Shown here piece by piece: positions 34,580 through 43,171 of a stretch of DNA of 64,000 nucleotides (positions are counted from its first letter, which is position 1; every line of letters starts with the position of its first letter). The stretch is from positions 416,001 through 480,000 of the forward strand of contig OZ241863.1 of assembly GCA_965203055.1 (NCBI GenBank), in the 5' to 3' direction. The stretch is from Spirochaetia bacterium (GTDB lineage Bacteria; Spirochaetota; Spirochaetia; SZUA-6; Bin103). The notes under the pieces were generated by a model. That model was not told where the DNA came from. It searched no databases and saw only the letters and a program-made list of their open reading frames with translations. The translations under genes were made by a program, and so were the position numbers.

Positions 34580-35929
34580 TCAGCCGCCGCCCAACTGCGC
34601 CGCCATCCGCTGCTGCAGCTTCTTGTTCCTGGTCATCTTCTTCATCGCCAGCGACATCTTGTCGAACCTGCGCACCAGGCGGTTCACCTCCGACACCGAG
34701 GAGCCGCTGCCGCGCGCCACCCGCTTGCGCCGGCTGGGGCCGAGAATGCGCGGGTTGTCACGCTCCTCCGGGGTCATGGAAAGCATGATCGCCTCCTCAC
34801 GGCGCAGCCCCTGCTCGTTTACCGCCCCGGAGGCTACCGCCGACTGCATGCCCGGCAGCTTCTCGAGCACCGAAGTCAAGCTCCCCATCCGGCGCATCTC
34901 GACGAGCTGCTCCAGGTAGTCGGCCATGGTAAAGCGGCGGCGCTTCATCTTGCGCACCAAGCGCTGCGCCCGCTCCTGGTCGAAGGTCTGCTGCGCCTGC
35001 TCGACCAGCGTCACGACGTCGCCCATCCCCAGAATCCGGGATGCCATCCGGTCGGGAAAGAACGGCTCCAACGCGGTGTGCGACTCGCCGGTACCGACGA
35101 ACTTGATCGGCTTGCCGGTAACCTCGCGGATCGACAGCGCCGCCCCGCCGCGCGTATCGGAGTCGAACTTACTAAGAATGACCCCGCTGAGTCCCACCAG
35201 ACGATCGAATTCGCCGGCCACGTCGACGGCGCTCTGACCGGTCATGGCGTCGGCCACGAGCAACGTTTCGTGCGGCGCGGCCGCGGCGTGGATTTCGCGC
35301 AGTTCGGCCATCAACTCGTCGTCGACCTGCAGCCGGCCGGCGCTGTCGACCAGCGCCGTGTCGCAGCCGACCTGGCGCGCGTGGCGCAACCCGTCGCGCA
35401 CCGCGGCCACCGCCGCGCCGCGCGTCCCGCGCGCGCCGGCGGCGCCGCCGAATACCGGCACGTCGAGCGCCGCGCCGAGCTGCTGCAACTGTTCGACCGC
35501 CGCCGGGCGCACCCGATCGGCGGCGATCAGCAAGGGCCGCCGGCCCTGCCCGGTCAGATGGTGCGCCAACTTGGCGGCGGTCGTGGTCTTGCCGGAGCCT
35601 TGCAGCCCCACCAACAGAATCGTCGTCAAGGTATCGGGGCCCTTGAGCGCCAGCTCGGCCCGCTCCCCGCCCAGCAGGGCGGTCATTCGCTCCAGCACGA
35701 TCCTGGTGAACTGCTGCCCCGGCGACACGTCGCGCAGCACGCGCGCGCCGAGGGCGGCCTCGGTCGTACGGTTGACGAAACGGCGCACGACGCGCAGATT
35801 TACATCCGCTTCGAGCAGGGCTACCTTGATCTCGCGGACTGCATCCTGAATGTTCTTCTCGGTGATGTGCGCCTTCCCGGAGACTTGACGCATCACGTCC
35901 CCGAGCTTGCTGGTGAGCCCGTCGAACAT
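34580..35929 (-). CDS. ffh: Signal recognition particle protein Ffh
   Basis: ALLEADV, GLQGSGKTT, DSAGR, RILGMGD, M-domain SMTPEER. Confidence 0.97.
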   Translation of the reverse strand: MFDGLTSKLGDVMRQVSGKAHITEKNIQDAVREIKVALLEADVNLRVVRRFVNRTTEAALGARVLRDVSPGQQFTRIVLERMTALLGGERAELALKGPDTLTTILLVGLQGSGKTTTAAKLAHHLTGQGRRPLLIAADRVRPAAVEQLQQLGAALDVPVFGGAAGARGTRGAAVAAVRDGLRHARQVGCDTALVDSAGRLQVDDELMAELREIHAAAAPHETLLVADAMTGQSAVDVAGEFDRLVGLSGVILSKFDSDTRGGAALSIREVTGKPIKFVGTGESHTALEPFFPDRMASRILGMGDVVTLVEQAQQTFDQERAQRLVRKMKRRRFTMADYLEQLVEMRRMGSLTSVLEKLPGMQSAVASGAVNEQGLRREEAIMLSMTPEERDNPRILGPSRRKRVARGSGSSVSEVNRLVRRFDKMSLAMKKMTRNKKLQQRMAAQLGGG

Positions 35930-35981
35930 AGGCGTAGTTGTATAGCCGTCCCGCTATCCCCGTGTCAACGTGGAGGGGTTG

Positions 35982-37379
35982 ATGTCGCTGAGCTTCCCGC
36001 TTTGCCGGCGCCGCGGCGCGCCGGTATCATTGCTGCATGCGCCCGGCCCGCCAGTGTTAGCTGCCGCCCGCAACAGGTCCGCCTGCGCCGTCCTCGCGTT
36101 CCTGGCCGCGCTGCTGCCGGTGGCCGGTTGCGATTCCCGCGACCGGACGCCGGCGGAGAAGGCGCCCTTCGCGGCGGCGGAGCAGGAGCAGGCGGTCCGC
36201 AGTCAGGACAGCGGCGACCCGACCCAGTCGCTGCTCAGCGTTCAGCTTCGCACCTTCGACGAGCTGGTCGGCGCGCTGCGCGAGCACTACGTGCACAGCG
36301 AGCATCACGCGGTGCCCTGGGACGACCTGGAGAGCCGCTACCGCACCAAGGTGCTGGGCCTGCTGCGCGGCGACGAGTTTCCCGAGGTGGTGCGCGGCCT
36401 GATGGCCGAGTTGCCGCCCGATGCCGCGGTCTGGCAATCGCGTGACGAACGCATCGATCTGCAGTCCACCGACGCCCGTACCTACGAGGGGATCGGAGCG
36501 TACATCGCCTTCCGCGCCGACCCGTCGCCGCGGGTAATTCTCCTGTCGGTGTTGCCCGGGTCGCCCGCGGCCCAGGCCGGACTGCGCGACCACGACAGTC
36601 TGCTGGCGGTGGACGGAATCCCGGTGCGCCGCGACGAGGGCGAAGAGGTGGTGACGCGCATTCGCGGACCGGCCGGTTCGGTGGTGAATCTCAGCGTGCG
36701 CTCGCCGAATCAGCAGCCGCGCGCGGTGGCGGTCACCCGCGGCCGGGTGCAGCTCACCGAGGGGGCCAACCGCGTGCGCTACGCGCTGCTGCCCCAGTCC
36801 GACGTCGGCTATCTCCTGCTGCCGCGTCAGACCACCGGGTCGCTGGCCGCCGAAGTGGCCCAGTCGCTCACCCTCATGACCCAACAGACGGCCGTGCGCG
36901 GGTTGATCCTGGACCTGCGCATCGCGGCGCTGGGCAGCGGCTGGCCGCTCGAAGAGTTGCTCACCCTGTTCGGCGACGGCTCCCTGGGCGAGATGTATAC
37001 GACGCAGGAGATCCAGCCGGTGGAAATAGCCGGACAGGACGTGGCCGGATCGCAGTCGCTGCCGCTGGCGCTGCTGGTGGGACCCGACACCGAGGGCCTG
37101 CCGGAGATCTTCGCCGCCGCGCTGCAGAGCAGCGGGCGCGCCGTCCTGTTCGGCGGCCGTACCAGCGGAGAGATCGAGAACAATCATCTGGTGTCCCTCC
37201 CGGATGGCTCGCGGGTGCTGATTTCCAGCACCTCGTACCGCACTGCGACCGGTCTGGACGTGGGCCTCAGCGGCCTGGAACCGAACCTCGCGGTGAGATA
37301 CGACTGGGACGCCGTTACCGAGCAGGAAGACCCGGTGCGCGACGCGGCGCAGGCGGCGTTGCTGAGGATGGGCGGCTGA
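35982..37379 (+). CDS. S41/CtpA-like PDZ lipoprotein with degenerate catalytic motifs
   Basis: LPVAGC lipobox, YEGIG...GSPAAQAGL PDZ, LILDLR. The usual SASE and GKG motifs read TEGLPE and GEI. Start uncertain. Confidence 0.8.
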   Translation: MSLSFPLCRRRGAPVSLLHAPGPPVLAAARNRSACAVLAFLAALLPVAGCDSRDRTPAEKAPFAAAEQEQAVRSQDSGDPTQSLLSVQLRTFDELVGALREHYVHSEHHAVPWDDLESRYRTKVLGLLRGDEFPEVVRGLMAELPPDAAVWQSRDERIDLQSTDARTYEGIGAYIAFRADPSPRVILLSVLPGSPAAQAGLRDHDSLLAVDGIPVRRDEGEEVVTRIRGPAGSVVNLSVRSPNQQPRAVAVTRGRVQLTEGANRVRYALLPQSDVGYLLLPRQTTGSLAAEVAQSLTLMTQQTAVRGLILDLRIAALGSGWPLEELLTLFGDGSLGEMYTTQEIQPVEIAGQDVAGSQSLPLALLVGPDTEGLPEIFAAALQSSGRAVLFGGRTSGEIENNHLVSLPDGSRVLISSTSYRTATGLDVGLSGLEPNLAVRYDWDAVTEQEDPVRDAAQAALLRMGG

Positions 37380-38746
37380 TGCGGGTCGCGCCGGCGGCGC
37401 CCGCGGCCGGTCGCGCCCGGCGCCTCCCCGCGGCCCGCCGGCGGCGGCTGGCCGGCGGCGGCCTGCTGGCGCTCGGCGCGCTGCTGCTGGCGGCGGCCTG
37501 CTCGCGCGACGAGGTCACCATCGGCCAAAGCCCCCTGCTGCGCTTCGTGGAACGCAAGTCGGGGCGCATTGCGGTGATGGGCGCGGACGGCAACATCTAC
37601 ACCATGGATCAGGCCGGCGGGGCGCTGGTAGCGGTGACCGAAGACGCCGTCATTCCCGACGAGACCCAGGGCCTGGTCCGCTACTACCAGTTTCCGGCCT
37701 GGGCTCCCGACGATTCGCGCCTCGCGTTCATCGGCTACCAGGGCAACGACCAGTTCGCCACCACCACCAGCGTGTTCACCACGGCGCCGGACGGCTCCAA
37801 CATCGTGCAGGCATTCTCCAGCGGGCAATACCTGCCGCGCAACCTCTACTGGTCCCCGGACGGCGAGTGGCTCACCTTCCTTACCTCCACCTCCGGCAGC
37901 ACCGCGTCGGCACTGCAGATGGTGCCGGCGGCGGGCGGCGAAGCCACCAGACTGGACGCCGGCAACCCGTTCTACTGGTCGTGGGCGCCGGACGGGCGCA
38001 CCATCCTGGTGCATGCGGGCGGGGCGGGAATGCGCTACCGCGCGCGCCTCGCCTTTCTCAACGTCGACGGCGTGATCTACGAAGAAGGGATGGCGGTGCG
38101 GCCGGCCGCGTTCCAGGCTCCCGCGTGGTCGCCGGACGGCACGCGCCTGCTGGTGGCGGCGCAGGCGGGCGACCAGGCCGAGCTGGTGGTGACCAACCGC
38201 GGCGGCTCGCTGTACCGGGTGCTGGCCCGGGCCAGCGCCGCCCTCGCCTTCGCCTGGTCGCCGAACGGCAACCAGGTGGCCTACGTGGCGCGCGACCGCG
38301 GCGAGTCCGGGCTGCAGGCGAACCTGGCGGTGGTCGATCTGGAAGCGCGCGGCGCCGAGCCCGAGGTGTTGACCGAAGAGACCTTCGTCCTGGGCTTCTT
38401 CTGGTCGCCGGACAGCGACAAGATCGCCTACTTCGTGCCCGGCACCTACGTCGACCCCGACGACGAGGAGCAACAGACCATCTTCCTGACCCTGCACGTG
38501 CACAACCTGCGCCGGCAGACCACCCGCGAGATCCAGAGCTTCATCCCCACCTCCCAGTTCATGGCCGTGGTGCAGCAGTTCGATCAGTACTATCTCGCGA
38601 CCCGGGTCTGGTCGCCGGACAGCCGCAACATCCTGTTCGCGGCGCTCTCGCAGCAGGGGCCCGGCATCATGGTGGCGAAGGCCGACGGCAACATCGCCCC
38701 GCGCCGGATCACCGACGGCCTGATCGGCTTCTGGTCTTGGCGCTGA
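37379..38746 (+). CDS. TolB-like (PD40) beta-propeller lipoprotein 1
   Basis: LLAAAC lipobox; repeated W(S/A)PDG motifs. Confidence 0.85.
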   Translation: MRVAPAAPAAGRARRLPAARRRRLAGGGLLALGALLLAAACSRDEVTIGQSPLLRFVERKSGRIAVMGADGNIYTMDQAGGALVAVTEDAVIPDETQGLVRYYQFPAWAPDDSRLAFIGYQGNDQFATTTSVFTTAPDGSNIVQAFSSGQYLPRNLYWSPDGEWLTFLTSTSGSTASALQMVPAAGGEATRLDAGNPFYWSWAPDGRTILVHAGGAGMRYRARLAFLNVDGVIYEEGMAVRPAAFQAPAWSPDGTRLLVAAQAGDQAELVVTNRGGSLYRVLARASAALAFAWSPNGNQVAYVARDRGESGLQANLAVVDLEARGAEPEVLTEETFVLGFFWSPDSDKIAYFVPGTYVDPDDEEQQTIFLTLHVHNLRRQTTREIQSFIPTSQFMAVVQQFDQYYLATRVWSPDSRNILFAALSQQGPGIMVAKADGNIAPRRITDGLIGFWSWR

Positions 38747-40095
38747 CGCCGGGGAGCGGCGCCGGGCGGCGCGCCGCGGTCGGCCGCGGCGTCCTGCTGC
38801 TGGCGCTGGCCGCGGCGCTGCTGAGCGGCTGCGGGGAGCGGCGGCTCCAGCTTCAGCCGAGCCCGCTGCTGCAGGCGCTGCAGCGCAACGCCGGACGCAT
38901 CGGGTTCATCGGGCCGGACGGCAACGTCTACCGTATTGCGCAGCGCGGCGGCGAGCCGACGCCGGTGACCGCGGACGCCGGCGCCGACCGGGCGGCGCGC
39001 ACCGCGGTGGCCTACCTGCAACCCACCTGGGCGCCCGACGGGCGGAGCATGGCGTTCGCCCGCACCGCGCTCACGGGGGCGCGCAGCCTGCAGGCCTCGA
39101 TCTGGGTCACCGGCGGCCGCAACGACCCGCCGCGCGAGGTGTTCAACACCAGCTCCCTGCGCCCCATCTACCTCTATTGGTCGCCCGACGGCGAACGCCT
39201 CACCCTGTTGTCCCAACCGCTGGGCTCCGCGGAGTTGGAGCTGGGCGTCATCGACCTCGACCGGGACGGCTATCGGACGCTGGATCACGGCCAGCCCTAC
39301 TACTGGAGCTGGCTGCCGGACAACAGCGCGCTGGTGACCCACGTGGGCGGCGACGTGCGCTTCAACGCGGCGGCGCGCCTGTCGCTCGTGCCCCTCGATC
39401 CACTGCGCGGCAAGTCCGACTTCAACCTGGCGCCGACCGCCTTCCAGTCGCCCGCGGTCTCGCCGGACGGCCGCTACGTGGCGTTCGTGACCACCGCCGC
39501 GGGCGGCACCGGCCTGGTCGCGCGCGAGCTCGACGGCCCTGACGAACGACTGCTCACCGAGGTGCCGGGCTTCGCCTACTTCGCCTACGCCCCGCGCGGC
39601 AACCGGATCGCGGTGCTGAAGAGCGCCACGCCGGGGCCCGCCGCGGACGGTGAACTGACGATCATCGACACGCGCAGCGGGCGGGAGACGGCGCTGCCGC
39701 ACGGCGACGTCATCGCCTTCTTCTGGGCGCCGAACGGGCAGCGCATCGCCTATCTGGTGCCGGCGCGCGCCGCGCAGGAACAGGGTCTGGAGTTGGATCC
39801 GAGGTTTGCCCGCCAGCCGCGGTTGTTCTACGCCGAGCTGCGGGTGGCCGACGTAGGCCGGGGGAATTCATGGCGCGTGGTACAGTTCCCCATCAGCGAA
39901 GGGTTCCTGCGCCTGCACCTGCCGTTCTTCGACCAGTACCTGCGCTCCACCTCTATCTGGTCGCCAAACAGCCGCTTCCTGACCTACGCCGCGCTCACCG
40001 CCGACGGCGGCCCCGGCATCTTCGTGTCGGCCGCCAGCGGGACGCTGCGCCCCCAGTTCCTGGCCGCCGGCGACCTCGCCTCCTGGTCGCCCTGA
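38737..40095 (+). CDS. TolB-like (PD40) beta-propeller lipoprotein 2, paralog of the upstream gene
   Basis: LLSGC lipobox and WSPDG repeats. Shares QxSPLL...GRI...GxDGN and FDQY...WSP with gene 1. Confidence 0.85.
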   Translation: MALTPGSGAGRRAAVGRGVLLLALAAALLSGCGERRLQLQPSPLLQALQRNAGRIGFIGPDGNVYRIAQRGGEPTPVTADAGADRAARTAVAYLQPTWAPDGRSMAFARTALTGARSLQASIWVTGGRNDPPREVFNTSSLRPIYLYWSPDGERLTLLSQPLGSAELELGVIDLDRDGYRTLDHGQPYYWSWLPDNSALVTHVGGDVRFNAAARLSLVPLDPLRGKSDFNLAPTAFQSPAVSPDGRYVAFVTTAAGGTGLVARELDGPDERLLTEVPGFAYFAYAPRGNRIAVLKSATPGPAADGELTIIDTRSGRETALPHGDVIAFFWAPNGQRIAYLVPARAAQEQGLELDPRFARQPRLFYAELRVADVGRGNSWRVVQFPISEGFLRLHLPFFDQYLRSTSIWSPNSRFLTYAALTADGGPGIFVSAASGTLRPQFLAAGDLASWSP

Positions 40096-40143
40096 AAGAG
40101 CAGGCCGCCAACGACCGCGGCCGCGCGCCGCCAAGCTGCCGCG

Positions 40144-42117
40144 TCAGCCTGCGGCCGCCGGCTCCTTCGGCAGGTCGTCGCGCTCCTTGGCCGGCAGCGC
40201 CGCCGCGGCCGCGGCCGCCGGGGTCTCCGCCGCGACCGGGGGCGGCGGCAGCAACTCGGCCGGAGTCTGCGGCCGGTTGGGGCCGAGGATGGCGAGCACC
40301 TGCCTGGTGCTGAGGGAGTTGTGATCCATCAGGTTCTCCGCCAGTTCGATCAGCTCCGCCCGATGGTCGCGCAACAGCCGCTCGGTGCGTTCCTGCAGGT
40401 CGAGCCACATGCGCCGCAACGCGGCCTGGGCATCGCGATCGGCGACCGCGCCGCCGGTCGAGTCGCGGCCGGTGCGCCAGTCGACCACCGGCGGGCCGAA
40501 GTAGCCTTCATTGTACAGCCGCCACAACCGCTCCCGCACCATCGGGTAGTCACCGCCGGAAGCGCCGGTGTAGGACTCGCCCAGTATCACCCGCATGGCC
40601 GCCTGACCGGCCATGCAGACCATCATGTCCCGCACGATGCGGCTGAGCGGCTGCGAAAAGATCTCCACTTCGTCCATCGGCAGGACGAAGCCGAGCGCGT
40701 CCCCGCGCCGGACGATGGTGATGTGGGCGATGCGGGTGTCGGGCATCAGGTAGTGCTGCGCCACCGCATGTCCGGCCTCGTGCACCGCCACCTCCCAGCG
40801 CTGCCGATCCTCCATCTCCTCGATCGGGTTCTCGATGCCGGTGTACTGCTGCAGGAACGCCTTCTCGATATCTTCCTGCGACACCGCGGAGCGGTGATCG
40901 AACAGGGCGATGCGCACCGCGTCCTTGGTGATGGCGGCCATGATCTGCGCCGGCGTGGCGGCGCGGTTGTTCATGACGATCGCCTCGATGTCCACCGAAT
41001 CGTCGTGGTTGACGGTGCGCAGGTAGCCTTCGACGATCTCGCGCCGGCCGGTGCGGTCCGGCAGGTCCACCTTGATGAGCTGGTCGAACCGTCCGGGGCG
41101 CTTCAGGGCCGGGTCCAGCACGTCGGGCCGGTTGGTGGAGCCCATGAACAACACGTGCCAGTTGCGGTCCGGCGGCTTCTTGCCCATGATCTGGAACAGC
41201 TTGCCCTTGAGCCGCTCCTTGAGGGTCTTGCTGTCGATTCCGTCCATCTCGTACAGCAGGCGGGTGAGGGCGCCGGTGCCGGCCCCCATCATGCCGCCCA
41301 TGCCGGCGCCGCCGTCGCCGCCGCCTCCGCCCATCACGCCGCCGCGGCTCTGGCCGACCGCGTCGATCTCGTCGATGTAGGCGATGGCCGCGCCGTAGCG
41401 TTGCGCCAGGCGGCGCGCCTTGCGGATGAACCAGATCATCTTCATCACGTCCACGCCCCAGAACATGGCGCGGAATCCCGATCCCTCGATCGACAGGAAG
41501 GCGACCCCCGCCTCGCCGGCCATCGCCTTGGCGAGCATGGTCTTGCCGGTGCCGGGCGGGCCGTAGAGCAGCAGGCCGTTGATGTAGCGCCCGCCCATCT
41601 CCACGAACTGCTGGCGGTCGGAGAGCAGGCCCAGCCACTGCCGTACCAGCCGCTTCAGACGCGGCTGCCCCCAGTAATCGTCGAAGGTGATGATCTTGGG
41701 GTCTTCCGGGCGGATGCGCTCGATCTTGGAGCGCGACATGAACCAGAACAGCGACCCGAACTGGACCAGCATGAACAGAATCGCGAACAGGAGCTGGCCC
41801 ACGAAGCCGAGGAGCTGCAGGAAGATGTTGAGCAGCGTCTCGTTGGACCAGATCAGGATCGCGGCGCCGGCGACCACCACCAGCGGCACCACCTTGCGGA
41901 TGAGCTGGCGCATCTTCTTGGTCAGACGGCGCTGCTGCTTGACCACCTCGATGCGGTGCTTGACCAGGTCGGGCACCCGCACGTTCTGCCAGAAGCTCTG
42001 CTGCCTGGAGTTCGGCGGACTGCCGTTTCGGGCCGGGTCGGGCGCCGCGGCGGGGGCCTGCGCCGGCTCGGCTTGCGGATTCTCGACGGCGCGCTCGGGC
42101 TTGGGCTTGTCGGACAT
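40144..42117 (-). CDS. Divergent FtsH-like membrane AAA+ metalloprotease (M41)
   Basis: N-terminal TM segments, GPPGTGKT, IDEID, TNRPDVLDPALKRPGRFD, HEAGH. Confidence 0.88.
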   Translation of the reverse strand: MSDKPKPERAVENPQAEPAQAPAAAPDPARNGSPPNSRQQSFWQNVRVPDLVKHRIEVVKQQRRLTKKMRQLIRKVVPLVVVAGAAILIWSNETLLNIFLQLLGFVGQLLFAILFMLVQFGSLFWFMSRSKIERIRPEDPKIITFDDYWGQPRLKRLVRQWLGLLSDRQQFVEMGGRYINGLLLYGPPGTGKTMLAKAMAGEAGVAFLSIEGSGFRAMFWGVDVMKMIWFIRKARRLAQRYGAAIAYIDEIDAVGQSRGGVMGGGGGDGGAGMGGMMGAGTGALTRLLYEMDGIDSKTLKERLKGKLFQIMGKKPPDRNWHVLFMGSTNRPDVLDPALKRPGRFDQLIKVDLPDRTGRREIVEGYLRTVNHDDSVDIEAIVMNNRAATPAQIMAAITKDAVRIALFDHRSAVSQEDIEKAFLQQYTGIENPIEEMEDRQRWEVAVHEAGHAVAQHYLMPDTRIAHITIVRRGDALGFVLPMDEVEIFSQPLSRIVRDMMVCMAGQAAMRVILGESYTGASGGDYPMVRERLWRLYNEGYFGPPVVDWRTGRDSTGGAVADRDAQAALRRMWLDLQERTERLLRDHRAELIELAENLMDHNSLSTRQVLAILGPNRPQTPAELLPPPPVAAETPAAAAAAALPAKERDDLPKEPAAAG

Positions 42118-42271
42118 ACTCCTCTCCAGCGCCGCTCGGCGGCGGCACTCACGGACAACGGTAGATAATCTACCAGATTCTGCCGTATAGTCCAGACAGA
42201 CTTACGCCACCGCCCGGGGACCCTCCGGCGGCCGGACCGGCCTGCCTCCGGCAGGCGGCAGAGGAGTGGCC

Positions 42272-42526
42272 ATGGGACAACGCGGTGAGTTGTTCAGCAC
42301 CCGCGCGAACACCGCGAAACGGACCTATTTCTTCAACGTCAAGGAAAATCGCATCGGCGACCTGTTCCTCAACATCGTCGAGAGCCGCAAGCGCGAGGCG
42401 CCGGACGGCGCCGGGCGCGGCTTCGAGCGCCAGTCGGTGATGGTGTACGAAGAGGACCTGGCGGCGTTCATCGCCGCCTTCGACGAGGCCGTGGGGTACG
42501 CCCGCCGCAACCGCCGGCGAAGTTGA
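42272..42526 (+). CDS. PUR-domain (DUF3276/BpuR-like) nucleic-acid-binding protein
   Basis: RGELFS...[21 protein letters not shown]; preceded by GAGGAG. Confidence 0.88.
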   Translation: MGQRGELFSTRANTAKRTYFFNVKENRIGDLFLNIVESRKREAPDGAGRGFERQSVMVYEEDLAAFIAAFDEAVGYARRNRRRS

Positions 42527-43070
42527 TGCGGAACGAGTGGCGGTGGATCGGCGAGCGGCCGTGCAGGCGCACCAGAAAGCGGTGCTGCGGCGTGGCGTAT
42601 CCCTTGTGTTCCTGAAACCGATACGCCGGCTCGATGCGCGCGTAGCGGGTCATGAAGCGGTCGCGCTCCGTCTTGGCGATGATCGAGGCGGCCATGATCT
42701 CCGGTACCGTGGCGTCTCCCTTGACGATGGCGGCGCACGGCACGGCCAGCGGCAGGCGAAAGCGGCCGTCGATCAGCACCTCGTCGGGCTGGACGCGCAG
42801 GGCGCGCAGGGCGCGCCACATCGCCAGCAGCGACGCGTGGTGGATGTTGATGCGGTCGATCTCCTCGGCGGAGCACCAGCCGGTGGCCCACGCCGTCGCC
42901 CGGCGCCGGATCACGGCGGCTGCGGCGGCGCGTTCCTCGGCGGTGAGCTGCTTGGAGTCGTTCAGGCAGGCCGCCGGAAACCCCCGCGGCAGCACCACCG
43001 CGGCCGCGGTGACCGGTCCGGCCAGGGGGCCGCGGCCCGCCTCATCGATACCGCAACGCAGCACTGACAC
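42468..43070 (-). CDS. rnhB: Ribonuclease HII
   Basis: [32 protein letters not shown]. Confidence 0.96.
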   Translation of the reverse strand: MSVLRCGIDEAGRGPLAGPVTAAAVVLPRGFPAACLNDSKQLTAEERAAAAAVIRRRATAWATGWCSAEEIDRINIHHASLLAMWRALRALRVQPDEVLIDGRFRLPLAVPCAAIVKGDATVPEIMAASIIAKTERDRFMTRYARIEPAYRFQEHKGYATPQHRFLVRLHGRSPIHRHSFRINFAGGCGGRTPRPRRRRR

Positions 43071-43171
43071 CGCGCCAGCATAGCGCCGCGCCGCCCTCCG
43101 GCACAGGCCCCGCTCCGGACAGCGTTTGACCGGGCTGCGCGCCCGGTGCTACGGTGGCGGCGAACTGGGAG

